Of a stretch of DNA of 64,000 nt, positions 8,695-18,289 are shown in pieces. Source of the DNA: Alphaproteobacteria bacterium (lineage in GTDB: Bacteria; Pseudomonadota; Alphaproteobacteria; RS24); the NCBI GenBank assembly GCA_029248825.1, contig JAQWIP010000102.1:12847-76846 (forward strand), in the 5' to 3' direction. A program made the position numbers and the translations under genes. Within the stretch, counting starts at the first letter, position 1, and each line of letters opens with the position of its first letter. The notes under the pieces were generated by a model, which was given only the letters and a program-made list of their open reading frames with translations, did not search any database and was not told the DNA's origin.

Positions 8695-9849
8695 CTAGAG
8701 CGCGCGCGCAACCAGCATCCGCATAATCTCGTTCGAGCCACCATAAATCCGCTGCACGCGCGCATCGGTATACATGCGGCTGATCGGGTATTCATCCATA
8801 TAGCCATAGCCGCCGAAGAATTGCAGGCAATCATCGATGACTTCGTTTTCGCGTTCGGTACACCAAAATTTCGCCGCCGCCGCACTATTGGCATCCAGCT
8901 CGCCTTCCAGCAATTGCGCCGTCAATTGGTCTACCATGGCCCGCGCCGCCATCCATGTGGCTTTGCATTCGGCCAATTTATATTGCGTGTTTTGGTAATC
9001 AAAAATCGAATTGCCAAAAGTTTTGCGCTCGCGCGTGTAATCTAGCGTCAGCTCAATCGCGCGCTCCATAGAGGCCACCGCCTGATTGGCAATCACCAAA
9101 CGCTCGGCTGGCAATTGCTGCATCAATTGGAAAAAGCCTTGGCCTTCCTCGCCGCCCAAAATATTATCGGCTGGCACTTTCACCTCATCGAAAAACAACT
9201 CCGATGTATCGGCCGCATGTTGACCCATTTTTTCGAGGTTGCGACCGCGCGCAAACCCTTGTGTGTCGTCATTTGTTTCGACAATCACCAGCGAAATGCC
9301 TTTGGCGCCTTGCGACGTGTCGGTCTTGGCAACCACCAAAACGATGTCGGCGGTTTGGCCGTTGGTGATGAAAGTTTTCGAGCCATTCACCACATATTGA
9401 TTGCCGTCTTTGACGGCGGTGGTTTTGACCGATTGCAAATCAGAACCGGTTCCAGGCTCGGTCATGGCGATGCCACAAATCAATTCGCCCGAAGCCATTT
9501 TGGGCAGATATTTTTTCTTCTGCTCTTCCGTGCCATAGGACAAGAAATAATGCGAGCAGATGAGCGAGTGAACCGACTGGCCCCAGCCCGCCACACCGAG
9601 GCGCGTTTGCACTTCGGTGAGAATGGCTTCATGGCGATAGTCGCCGCCGCCGCCGCCATATTCTTCTGGAATCGACGTGCATAAAAGCCCAGCCGCGCCC
9701 GCTTTCGTCCACGCATCGCGGTCAACAATGCCTTGTTTCGTCCATTTGTCGGCCAAAGGCACGAATTCATTGGTCATGAATTTACGCGCCGCATCTTCAA
9801 AGATGGTGAGGTCTTCTGTCATCCAAGGGGATGTGTAATTTCCAAGCAT
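8695..9849 (-). CDS. acyl-CoA dehydrogenase
   Basis: 384 aa. MTEPGTGSDLQS, C-terminal RIYGGSNEIMRMLVAR and the overall ACAD pattern. Confidence 0.9.
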   Translation of the reverse strand: MLGNYTSPWMTEDLTIFEDAARKFMTNEFVPLADKWTKQGIVDRDAWTKAGAAGLLCTSIPEEYGGGGGDYRHEAILTEVQTRLGVAGWGQSVHSLICSHYFLSYGTEEQKKKYLPKMASGELICGIAMTEPGTGSDLQSVKTTAVKDGNQYVVNGSKTFITNGQTADIVLVVAKTDTSQGAKGISLVIVETNDDTQGFARGRNLEKMGQHAADTSELFFDEVKVPADNILGGEEGQGFFQLMQQLPAERLVIANQAVASMERAIELTLDYTRERKTFGNSIFDYQNTQYKLAECKATWMAARAMVDQLTAQLLEGELDANSAAAAKFWCTERENEVIDDCLQFFGGYGYMDEYPISRMYTDARVQRIYGGSNEIMRMLVARAL

Positions 9850-9942
9850 GTTTTGCTCCCATTTATATCTGGCAAGATGTTAGCCATAGAGAGGCGGCAC
9901 GCGCAAGCTTGTTCCCCTGCGACATTTATGGCGCAAGACAGC

Positions 9943-11103
9943 TTAAAGCTGCATGGCTTTATGATAGCCGCCAAGCCTCACGCGACCAATCATTTCATAA
10001 GTCGCGGCATTGGCAATCATATGTTGGGTCATGGTTTCGCTATCGCGCAACCGCCGCTGGATGGCACTGGTTTTATAAACCGATGTGCCGCCCGCCAAAT
10101 CATGCATTTGGCGCACCACTTGCACACAAACGCGCACCGCATGGGTCGATATCAGCCGCAAATCGGCGCGTTGTTCCGGTGTTATCGCGTGGCCGCCTTC
10201 GACAGCATCCCAAGTGTCGCGCAACGTCTGCCAATAAAACGCATCGGCGCTGCGCCATAAAGCTTCGGCCTCGGCCAAACTGGCTTGCACGCTACTGCGC
10301 TCGGCCAAGGTGCGCGAATTGCCCATCGGGGTTTTGGCCATGGCCAATTCAATGAAATCATCCAACGCCGCGCGCGCATTGCCCAAAGCCACGGCGCCGA
10401 CACCCGTCGCCAAAAATCCGAAATAGGGCATTTTATATAGCGGGTCTTGCGTCCACGGCGTATCCGTCGCAATCGAATAACTATGCGCCACTGGCACGCG
10501 AATTTGATCCACTTCGACATCGCCCGAGCTGGTGCCGCAAAGCCCCATCGTATGCCAAGTGTCGTGAAAAATAACTTGCTCGCGCGGGATCATCAAAAGC
10601 CGCACGCTTGGTTTTTCGTCCTCGGGCGCTTGCGCCAAACAGCCAAGCCCAAGGTAATCGGCATTGGCCGACCCTGACGCCCAAGCCCATCGCCCCGAAA
10701 CGATATAGTCATCGCCATCTTGCAGGGCGCGTCCATTGGGCGCGAAAATGCCACAGGTAATGCGGCTCGGACTGGCGAACATTTCTTGGCTAGTGTCGGG
10801 CTTAATGAAGGCCGACCCGAGAGCCGCCGTGGCGCCAATCATACTGACCCACGCGCTGGCCGCATCATGCATGGCGAGAACTTGCAGCCGCGCATTGCCT
10901 TCGAGTGGCGTCAATTGAGCGCCCCCAATATCTTTTGGCACAAACATAGAGAACATGCCCGCATCGGCCAATTGGCGCGCCAACTCGGGTGCCAAAGCGC
11001 GCGCGGCCTCGGTGGCCTCGGCGCTGGTTTTCGCGGCGGCGCAAACCGTGGCAAATTTTTTGTCTTTTTTAAACTCTACTTGTTTATCGGCTCGCGCGCG
11101 CAT
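9943..11103 (-). CDS. acyl-CoA dehydrogenase-fold flavoprotein (type-2 ACAD / monooxygenase-like)
   Basis: Start trimmed to MRARADK (ATG 11101-11103). ELARQLADAGMFSMFVPKDIGGAQL, WASGS and a C-terminal four-helix region are typical of the ACAD type-2 family. Confidence 0.65.
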   Translation of the reverse strand: MRARADKQVEFKKDKKFATVCAAAKTSAEATEAARALAPELARQLADAGMFSMFVPKDIGGAQLTPLEGNARLQVLAMHDAASAWVSMIGATAALGSAFIKPDTSQEMFASPSRITCGIFAPNGRALQDGDDYIVSGRWAWASGSANADYLGLGCLAQAPEDEKPSVRLLMIPREQVIFHDTWHTMGLCGTSSGDVEVDQIRVPVAHSYSIATDTPWTQDPLYKMPYFGFLATGVGAVALGNARAALDDFIELAMAKTPMGNSRTLAERSSVQASLAEAEALWRSADAFYWQTLRDTWDAVEGGHAITPEQRADLRLISTHAVRVCVQVVRQMHDLAGGTSVYKTSAIQRRLRDSETMTQHMIANAATYEMIGRVRLGGYHKAMQL

Positions 11104-11172
11104 GGTCGCCTCTCCTTGTCTTCGATGTCGGGTTCGATAAGTTTGTCGAAAAACCAAAACCAACGCAACCCG

Positions 11173-11976
11173 TTAGGCAATATCAATATAGACGGGCGCA
11201 TGGTCGGAGGGGCGCTCCCACCCTCTGGCCTCGCGCAAGACACCATAGTTTTCCACCGCGTCGGATAAATCTGGCGTCACCCAAATATGGTCGAGACGGC
11301 GACCTTTATCGGCCGCGTCCCAATCTTTGGCGCGATAGCTCCACCAGCTATAAAGTTTTTCTGCCGCCGGCACGAAGCGGCGCGAGACGTCTTCCCAATC
11401 CAACGTGTTTTGCAGCTTCGCCAAAGCCTCAATTTCAATCGGCGTATGGCTGACGACTTTTTGCAATTTCTTCGACGACCACACATCATGCTCCCCGGGC
11501 GCAATGTTTAAATCGCCCAAGAGAACGCTGGCGGGCGCCTCTTTTTGTTTCGATTGGCGTTTGAAATTCTTGGTCATCTCGGCCAGAAAATCTTGCTTAT
11601 GGCCAAATTTCTCATTTATCTCGCGGTCGGGTTCATCGCCGCCCGCTGGCACATAAAAATTATGAATGGCAATCGCGCGCCCCTTATGTTCGACGGTTGT
11701 GTGCATATGGCGACCATCTTCTTTGCCGCAATAATCGATATAGCTCTGCTCGACGAAAGGCAGACGCGAAAGCGTGGCGACACCGTGATAGCCCTTAATG
11801 CCGTTTTTCGCGATATGAGAAAACCCAGCTTTGGCGAAAGCTTTTTCGGGAAAACTATCGTTCGGGCATTTGGTCTCTTGCAGACAAATAACATCGGGTT
11901 TTAATTTTTTTATCAAATCCAGCACGAGAGGTTCGCGCAGGCGAACCGAGTTGATATTCCACGAGACAATCCGCAT
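11173..11976 (-). CDS. xthA: exodeoxyribonuclease III
   Basis: MRIVSWNINSVR, CLQETK, GDLNIAP, SDHAPV. Confidence 0.93.
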   Translation of the reverse strand: MRIVSWNINSVRLREPLVLDLIKKLKPDVICLQETKCPNDSFPEKAFAKAGFSHIAKNGIKGYHGVATLSRLPFVEQSYIDYCGKEDGRHMHTTVEHKGRAIAIHNFYVPAGGDEPDREINEKFGHKQDFLAEMTKNFKRQSKQKEAPASVLLGDLNIAPGEHDVWSSKKLQKVVSHTPIEIEALAKLQNTLDWEDVSRRFVPAAEKLYSWWSYRAKDWDAADKGRRLDHIWVTPDLSDAVENYGVLREARGWERPSDHAPVYIDIA

Positions 11977-11994
11977 GGCGTAAATCCTATCCGT

Positions 11995-12642
11995 TTAAAA
12001 TAAATTCAATGTGCGACCCGTTAGCGCCAGCGGCCAACGGCCTAGCTCAAACAGCCTGTAACGTAGCATAAGCGGGTGGTTCAGGGCTTCTTCGCCAGCT
12101 TCCATATCGTCCAAATTTCCGGCCTGCACGGCCGCCGCGACCAAAGCCAACGCCCCGCCATGGGCGGCTTGTTGGGCCGCGCCGACCGCCAAATCGCGGA
12201 TGGTGTCGGGCAATTCATCGGCCATCATCAGGGCTTCATCAATCAGCTCGGGCAAAACGTCGGCCAATTGCGCCGATAAATGCGCCAACATGACTCCCAA
12301 ACCCTCTTCGCTGACCCCCGCCAAAGCCTCTTCCATGAGGCCTGCGCGCAATTGCTCCTCGACCTCCCAAGCCTCGGTGTTGAGGTCGAGACTGGCCGAA
12401 GCATCCAGCGCATCATCCCAGCTCATCACGCCAATCGCATCGGCATCGGGAAAGCCCAACAGGTCGAGATAGCTGCGCGCCAGATAAGCGGTTTTTTCGT
12501 CTATCGGGTCGCCCAGCTCGGAAAACCAATTGGCGCGAACGGCGCGTTCGGCAAATTCGCGCACCGCCGAAAGCACCGGAATTTCACTTTCCAACGCCAT
12601 AAGGTTTTCGGCATCGGGCTGCCATTCATCTTGCTCCCTCAT
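11995..12642 (-). CDS. hypothetical, strongly acidic cytoplasmic protein
   Basis: 215 aa, very rich in D/E/A/L, with no TM segment or signal peptide and no motif I recognise. Sits in line between lolA and xthA, separated by 7 nt and 18 nt. Confidence 0.55.
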   Translation of the reverse strand: MREQDEWQPDAENLMALESEIPVLSAVREFAERAVRANWFSELGDPIDEKTAYLARSYLDLLGFPDADAIGVMSWDDALDASASLDLNTEAWEVEEQLRAGLMEEALAGVSEEGLGVMLAHLSAQLADVLPELIDEALMMADELPDTIRDLAVGAAQQAAHGGALALVAAAVQAGNLDDMEAGEEALNHPLMLRYRLFELGRWPLALTGRTLNLF

Positions 12643-12649
12643 AGTTTAT

Positions 12650-13270
12650 TTATTCCTCGTCTGGCTCATCATAGTCGATGATGAAAACCGATGCGTCTAA
12701 CCGATCGGTCGGGATAATTTGGCTCAGGCGGACTTGTGTCACCAGATTTTGCACATCGACCAAGCGCCACGCGTAAAGCGTTAACTCGGCGCGGGTGAAA
12801 TAAAGCGTCACCTCGCCCGGCAACTCGCCTTTGGGGTCGTGCAAGGTCAGGGCGATAACGCTGTCTGAATCGTCGCGCGCGCGCACCATGTCTTGGGTAA
12901 TGCCATCGCGCACCGCTTGGCGCAAAACCGAAAGCGGCGTCAGGCTGACCGGAAACCAATTGGGTTCTGCGCCTAGTTTTTCTTGCACGGCAACAAATTT
13001 GCCTTTGACAGTGACAATCGAGCCGCCGTCATTTGCCCCTTCATAGGCAAACCGCAGACGCGCAGGCCATTGCATATGATAGGTGCCACGCGCCATATTG
13101 CCATTGGGCAAGCTCTGCTCAAAGCGACCGCTTTGCGGCGGAATATTTTTCAACGCCACATTGATTTCGCTCAGGGACACATTGGGGTTTTGCGCGCGAG
13201 CGGGCGCGCTGGAAGCCCAAAGTCCAACCAGCGCCGCCACGGCCAAAAGAGAGCGAGAGAAAAAAACCAT
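12650..13270 (-). CDS. lolA: outer-membrane lipoprotein carrier protein LolA
   Basis: 206 aa. Signal peptide ...SSAPARAQ, SGRFEQ motif, and the conserved ftsK-lolA arrangement. The ATG shares 1 nt with the ftsK stop. Confidence 0.75.
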   Translation of the reverse strand: MVFFSRSLLAVAALVGLWASSAPARAQNPNVSLSEINVALKNIPPQSGRFEQSLPNGNMARGTYHMQWPARLRFAYEGANDGGSIVTVKGKFVAVQEKLGAEPNWFPVSLTPLSVLRQAVRDGITQDMVRARDDSDSVIALTLHDPKGELPGEVTLYFTRAELTLYAWRLVDVQNLVTQVRLSQIIPTDRLDASVFIIDYDEPDEE

Positions 13271-15663
13271 CAGTGTTTGTCCACCAAAATTTCGCGTTTG
13301 CCAGATCCGTTTGGCGGGCTGATAACGCCTTGTTCTTCCATTTGCTCAATCAGACCCGCCGCCCGATTATAGCCGATTTGCAGGCGCCGCTGCACATAAG
13401 AGGTCGAGGCGCGGCCATCGCGCGTGACAATGGCCACCGCTTGGTCGTAGAGGCTTTCCGCGACATCGACTTCCATGTCGCCGGCCTCTTCGGCTTCTTT
13501 GGTAACCTCTTCCAAATATAACGGCTCACCTTGTTTCTTTAAGTAGCTGACGACTTTTTCGACTTCATCATCGGAAACAAAAGGCCCATGCACACGCTGC
13601 ACCCGACCGCCGCCGCCCATGAACAACATATCGCCTTGCCCCAAAAGCTGCTCGCCGCCTTGCTCGCCCAAAACCGTGCGACTGTCGATTTTCGAGGTCA
13701 CTTGAAACGAAATGCGGCTCGGGAAATTGGCTTTAATCGTGCCAGTAATCACATCCACCGATGGGCGTTGCGTGGCGGTGATGAGATGCACCCCGGCGGC
13801 GCGCGCCATTTGCGCCAGACGCTGCACGGCGCCCTCAATGTCTTTGCCCGCCACCATCATCAAGTCAGCCATCTCATCGATGACCACGACGATGAAAGGG
13901 AGAACCTCGGTTTCAATAATCTCATCTTCAAACATCGCCTCGCCGCTTTCGGGGTCGAAGCCCGTCTGCACACGGCGCGATAAAGTCTCGCCCGATTTTT
14001 GCGCCTCGCTCATTTTATCGTTAAAGCCCTCGATATTGCGCACGCCGATTTTGGCCATCTTGCGATAGCGATTTTCCATTTCCTGCACGACCCATTTCAG
14101 CGCGACCACCGCTTTTTTCGGCTCGGTGACCACCGGCGCCAACAAATGCGGAATGCCATCATAGACCGACAGCTCAAGCATTTTCGGGTCGACCAAAATC
14201 AGGCGGCATTCGGCTGGCGACAGGCGGTAGAGGATCGATAAAATCATCGTGTTAATGCCAACCGATTTACCCGAGCCCGTCGTCCCCGCCACCAAAAGGT
14301 GAGGCATTTTCGTGAGGTCGGCCATCACTGGCGCGCCGCCAATGTCTTTGCCGAGCGCCATGGTTAATTTGCTTTTGCCATTTTCAAAATCGCTGCTCGA
14401 CAATAATTCGCGCAAAGACACCAGCTCGCGCGTCTGATTGGGCAACTCAATGCCAATGACATTGGCGCCCGGCACCGGCGCCACGCGCGCCGAAACGGCG
14501 CTCATTGAGCGCGCGATATCATCCGACAAGCCAACCACGCGCGACGAGCGAACGCCAGCAGCGGGTTCTAATTCATAGAGCGTCACCACAGGGCCGGGGC
14601 GCACTTTGCCGATGGTGCCGCGCACGCCGAAATCTTGCAGCACGGTTTCCAGCATTCGCGCATTGGCCTCCAGCGCATCCTTGCTCAAGGTGGTGGCTTG
14701 GCGCGGTGGTTTATGTTCGGTCAGAAGGCGCAAGGGCGGCAATTGATATTGGCTGGTTTTTTCAAACGCCAAACGCGGCTGCTGCTCGCGCGTCGCGCGG
14801 CGGCCCTTTTTGGGCGCCGGTTTTTTGTCGGTCACTTCGACAGCTGAGCCCTCGTCTGGCACTTCCGCCGCTTGCGGCGCAGGCGTTGCGGGCGCATCGC
14901 TGGGCTGTGGCTCGGGTTGACCCGCCATTTTGCGCGCGCGAAGGGCCGGCAGAAGATGTCTCACGCGGCTGGAAAGGCTTGCGCCGACAGCCGTCAATTT
15001 GGCGAACAACTGGTTCGGTTGGGGTTGGGGGCGCACCACGAGGCGCGCGAAACGCAGCCCCGTTTTGGCGCCCAAGAGAGCGCCCGTCGCCACCGCGCGG
15101 GTGAGGCCACTGGCATAAAGCGCCAGCAAAATGGCCGCCAATCCGAAGCCGCTCGCCAAAACCCATTCGACCGTTCGCCCCGGATAATAATGAATGACAG
15201 CCAAAAGCATCTCCACCCAAACGCCCATTAGCTGACCGAAAGCCCCGCCATGAAACGGGTCATAGGGCGAGGCATCGCGCCCGATGAGCGCAAAACTGAG
15301 CGCCATAAATAAAGGCGCCGCACAGGCAGCCAGAAACCGCCAATTGGGATGGGTAATCTCAAGGCCGCGCAATTGGCGCGCCGCGCGCGCCCCCACGGGC
15401 AACAAAATCAGCCACGCCGCATGGCCAAGACTTTGCATCACCAAATCGGCGACAAATGCGCCCGAAGTGCCAAGCCAATTATTTGGGCTTTGGGTATTGC
15501 TGGTATTTAAACTGGCGTCTTGCGCATCAAACCCCAATAGCGCTACGCCCACATAGACCACGGCCAGCAGCGTTAAGCTGGCCGAAACCCGCAGCCATAA
15601 AACAGCCAAAAGGCGGCGCAAAAACGGCATAAGGCCTCGGCGGAATTCTTGCAGTCGGCTCAT
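13270..15663 (-). CDS. ftsK: DNA translocase FtsK
   Basis: Start trimmed to MSRLQEFRRGL (ATG 15661-15663, ATGA overlap with the aminotransferase stop). N-terminal TM segments, Pro/Gln-rich linker, Walker A GTTGSGKSVGIN, Walker B VVVIDEMADL, and a gamma winged-helix YVQRRLQIGYNRAAGLIEQME. Confidence 0.95.
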   Translation of the reverse strand: MSRLQEFRRGLMPFLRRLLAVLWLRVSASLTLLAVVYVGVALLGFDAQDASLNTSNTQSPNNWLGTSGAFVADLVMQSLGHAAWLILLPVGARAARQLRGLEITHPNWRFLAACAAPLFMALSFALIGRDASPYDPFHGGAFGQLMGVWVEMLLAVIHYYPGRTVEWVLASGFGLAAILLALYASGLTRAVATGALLGAKTGLRFARLVVRPQPQPNQLFAKLTAVGASLSSRVRHLLPALRARKMAGQPEPQPSDAPATPAPQAAEVPDEGSAVEVTDKKPAPKKGRRATREQQPRLAFEKTSQYQLPPLRLLTEHKPPRQATTLSKDALEANARMLETVLQDFGVRGTIGKVRPGPVVTLYELEPAAGVRSSRVVGLSDDIARSMSAVSARVAPVPGANVIGIELPNQTRELVSLRELLSSSDFENGKSKLTMALGKDIGGAPVMADLTKMPHLLVAGTTGSGKSVGINTMILSILYRLSPAECRLILVDPKMLELSVYDGIPHLLAPVVTEPKKAVVALKWVVQEMENRYRKMAKIGVRNIEGFNDKMSEAQKSGETLSRRVQTGFDPESGEAMFEDEIIETEVLPFIVVVIDEMADLMMVAGKDIEGAVQRLAQMARAAGVHLITATQRPSVDVITGTIKANFPSRISFQVTSKIDSRTVLGEQGGEQLLGQGDMLFMGGGGRVQRVHGPFVSDDEVEKVVSYLKKQGEPLYLEEVTKEAEEAGDMEVDVAESLYDQAVAIVTRDGRASTSYVQRRLQIGYNRAAGLIEQMEEQGVISPPNGSGKREILVDKH

Positions 15664-16907
15664 CTTGCCACCTCCCCCTGGGGGTGCGCATCGAGACACG
15701 CTTTTAGCTTCAGCAAGGCCGTGCGCGTTTCCTCTAAGGGAGCCACCAAAGCCACGCGGATATAAGGGGCGCTGATATTCGCGCCGCCAATGTTCGCGCT
15801 CGTGGCGCTCGTTGCGCTCGGTGCGCTCGGCTGGGTGAGATACGCGCCTGGCAAAACCCGTACCCCCGCTTCGCGCCAGAGGGTTTTCGTTGTCGCCTCG
15901 CCATCGCCGACATGGAGCCATAAAAAGAAACCGCCTTGGGGTCGGTAAAAACCATAGGCCGTGCCGAAAATCTCTTGCGCTATATCTAATTTGGCACGAT
16001 AGGCCGTGCGATTGTCTTCCACATGGGCATCGTCGCCCCACGCCAGAGCGGCCGCGTTTTGCACCGGCAAAGGCGATTGCGGGCCCGCCACCATGCGTAA
16101 TTTTTGCAAACGCGCCATCGCGCTTTTGCCGCCCGCCACAAACCCCGAGCGCAGACCAGGCAGATTGGAACGTTTGGACAGCGAGTGAAACACCATCACG
16201 GGCGCATCGCTATCTTGCGCCTCGGCCATGACTTCCAGCATGGAGGGCGGCGGACTGGCGGCCAGCGGCGTGTCGTAAATTTCGCTATAGCATTCATCGA
16301 CCAATAATAAGAAGTCGTGGTTTTTGGCCAGCTCATAGGCGCGCGTGAGATAGGCTTTATCGGCAATGGCGCCTTGCGGATTGGCGGGCGAGCATAAATA
16401 AAGTGCGCGCAAGCGAGATAAAATCTCGGGGGTTAGGCTTTCTAAATCGGGCAAAAATCCGCTTTCGGCGGGCGCGTCGAGATAGAGCGGGGTCGCGCCT
16501 GCCGCCAAAGCGGCGCTGGCGTAAACTTGATAAAACGGGTTGGGCATGGCCATGACGCCCTGCGGTTTGGGCGGGGCGACTTGAGCCGCCAAAAACAGCC
16601 CTTCGCGCGTGCCATTGAGCGGCAGAATTTGCGCGCCCTCGGACAAAAGCCCGGCCTCAAGAGAAAAGCGGCGCCAGAGCCAGCCCTCGACAGCGGCGCG
16701 CCAGTCTGGCGTGCCACCAATCGGCGGGTAGCGACCATAGTCGGCCCTATTGCTTTGCAGAGCGTCCAAGACAAAACTTGGCGGCGCGTGTTGCGGCTCG
16801 CCAATCGCCATCGAACAAGGCACATCGCCTGGCTCGCACCCGTCCAACAGCGTCCGAAGGCGCGCGAAGGGGGAGGCGGGAAGGGCGTCGAAGGGCCCAT
16901 GGGACAT
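15660..16907 (-). CDS. class I/II PLP-dependent aminotransferase (DapC/AlaC-like)
   Basis: 415 aa. MAIGEPQH, NPANPQG-like CSPANPQG, and PLP-lysine motif SLSKRSNLPGLRSG. Confidence 0.85.
   Translation of the reverse strand: MSHGPFDALPASPFARLRTLLDGCEPGDVPCSMAIGEPQHAPPSFVLDALQSNRADYGRYPPIGGTPDWRAAVEGWLWRRFSLEAGLLSEGAQILPLNGTREGLFLAAQVAPPKPQGVMAMPNPFYQVYASAALAAGATPLYLDAPAESGFLPDLESLTPEILSRLRALYLCSPANPQGAIADKAYLTRAYELAKNHDFLLLVDECYSEIYDTPLAASPPPSMLEVMAEAQDSDAPVMVFHSLSKRSNLPGLRSGFVAGGKSAMARLQKLRMVAGPQSPLPVQNAAALAWGDDAHVEDNRTAYRAKLDIAQEIFGTAYGFYRPQGGFFLWLHVGDGEATTKTLWREAGVRVLPGAYLTQPSAPSATSATSANIGGANISAPYIRVALVAPLEETRTALLKLKACLDAHPQGEVAR
15796..15831. repeat. in-frame 9-bp tandem repeat x4 inside the aminotransferase gene
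   Basis: GCGCTCGTG / GCGCTCGTT / GCGCTCGGT / GCGCTCGGC at 15796-15831. On the coding strand it encodes SAPSATSATSAN. Confidence 0.9.
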
Positions 16908-16916
16908 GGTGTCTCT

Positions 16917-16960
16917 CCAAAAAGAAACCCGAGCGGCGCTTTTCGCCCCACTCGGGTTTG
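16917..16960 (-). terminator. rho-independent terminator-like hairpin between amtB and the aminotransferase-ftsK genes
   Basis: 9-bp stem AAACCCGAG (16925-16933) / CTCGGGTTT (16951-16959) with an inner GGCG/CGCC pairing. On the minus transcript it is followed by UUUCUUUUU. It ends only ~3 nt before the GGAGAG Shine-Dalgarno of the aminotransferase gene. Confidence 0.7.
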
Positions 16961-17035
16961 TTCGAATCAGCTGCCCCTACACTAGCCCAGCCCCGTCACG
17001 CGGGTCAAAGGGCATAAATTAAAGCGCGCGCCGGT

Positions 17036-18256
17036 TTAGCCACCAAACCCAACTTCTGGATTGGCCGCTACTTTATGGATCGATAAATCCGCGCCTTGGC
17101 GCTCTTCTTCTTCGCTCAAGCGAATGCCCATCGTGCGCTTCAGCAGGCCATAAATAATCGCGCCGCAAAGCGCGGCAAAGCCACAGCCAACCAACGTGCC
17201 GATGAGTTGCGAGGCCAAACTCACGCCGCCCAAACCACCAAAGGCCGCTTGGCCAAAAATACCACAAGCCACACCGCCCCAAGCGCCCGCCAAACCATGC
17301 AAAGGCCAGACGCCGAGGACATCATCGATTTTCAATGTCTCTTGGCAGAAAATAAACGCATAGACAAATAAGACACCGGCAGTCGCGCCTGTTGCCAAAG
17401 CGCCGGCTGGATGCATGACGTCCGAGCCCGCACACACGGCGACCAGTCCGGCCAAAGCGCCATTATGCACAAAGCCCGGATCGCCCTTGCCAAACCAAAG
17501 CGCGGCCAGCAATCCACCGACCATCGCCATCAATGAGTTGACCGCGACCAGACCCGAAACCCCCTCGAGGGATTGCGCCGAAACCACGTTAAAACCAAAC
17601 CAACCAATGCACAGCAACCAGCTACCCAAGGCCAACCAAGGAATAGAACTGGGCGGGAACGGGCGGCCCTTTGGGCCATAGCGGCCAAGCCGCGCACCGA
17701 GCAAAATCACCGCCGAAAAAGCCAGCCAACCGCCGACCGCATGCACCACAACCGAGCCTGCAAAATCATGGAAAGGCGCGCCGAAACTGGCCTCTAACCA
17801 AGCTTGAAATCCGAAGTTGCCGTTCCAAATCATCCCCTCAAACACCGGATAGACCAGACCGACAATCGCCGCCGAAGCCAAGAGCTGCGGGCCAAATTTC
17901 GCGCGCTCTGCAATGCCGCCCGAAATAATTGCGGGAATGGCGGCGGCGAAAGTTAGCAGAAAGAAAAACTTAATCAGCGAGAGGCCTTGTGGGCCATAGG
18001 TTTCATCGCCCGCGCTGCCGCTGATGGTGGCGGCGGAAGACATAAAGTCGACACCGTAAGCCACCGAATAGCCGACAAAGAAATAGGCCAAAGTCGAAAT
18101 GCCAAAATCGGACAAGATTTTGACCATCGCATTGACTTGGTTTTTGCGCCGCACTGTGCCGACTTCCAAAAACGCAAAGCCTGCGTGCATCGCGAAAACA
18201 AGTATCGCGCCCATGAGAATAAAAAAGACGTCGCCGCCGACCAGATTGTTTTCCAT
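17036..18256 (-). CDS. amtB: ammonium transporter
   Basis: 406 aa, multi-TM. HAGFAFLEVG, FHDFAGSVVVHAVGG, DDVLGVWPLHGLAGAWGG. Confidence 0.95.
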   Translation of the reverse strand: MENNLVGGDVFFILMGAILVFAMHAGFAFLEVGTVRRKNQVNAMVKILSDFGISTLAYFFVGYSVAYGVDFMSSAATISGSAGDETYGPQGLSLIKFFFLLTFAAAIPAIISGGIAERAKFGPQLLASAAIVGLVYPVFEGMIWNGNFGFQAWLEASFGAPFHDFAGSVVVHAVGGWLAFSAVILLGARLGRYGPKGRPFPPSSIPWLALGSWLLCIGWFGFNVVSAQSLEGVSGLVAVNSLMAMVGGLLAALWFGKGDPGFVHNGALAGLVAVCAGSDVMHPAGALATGATAGVLFVYAFIFCQETLKIDDVLGVWPLHGLAGAWGGVACGIFGQAAFGGLGGVSLASQLIGTLVGCGFAALCGAIIYGLLKRTMGIRLSEEEERQGADLSIHKVAANPEVGFGG

Positions 18257-18289
18257 TACAGAACCCCCAAGATGAATTTGCTTTATTTA

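Noticed and set aside
15664-16041. 126-codon upstream extension of the ftsK ORF
   Set aside because: The extension overlaps the 3' part of the aminotransferase gene in another frame and is Arg-rich nonsense. The conserved FtsK N-terminus begins at MSRLQEF, with an ATGA coupling overlap at 15660-15663.
16961-16968. TTCGAATC, resembling a tRNA T-loop, in the amtB-aminotransferase spacer
   Set aside because: Flanking bases do not form a T-stem, acceptor stem or anticodon arm. The neighbouring sequence is better explained as the terminator hairpin.
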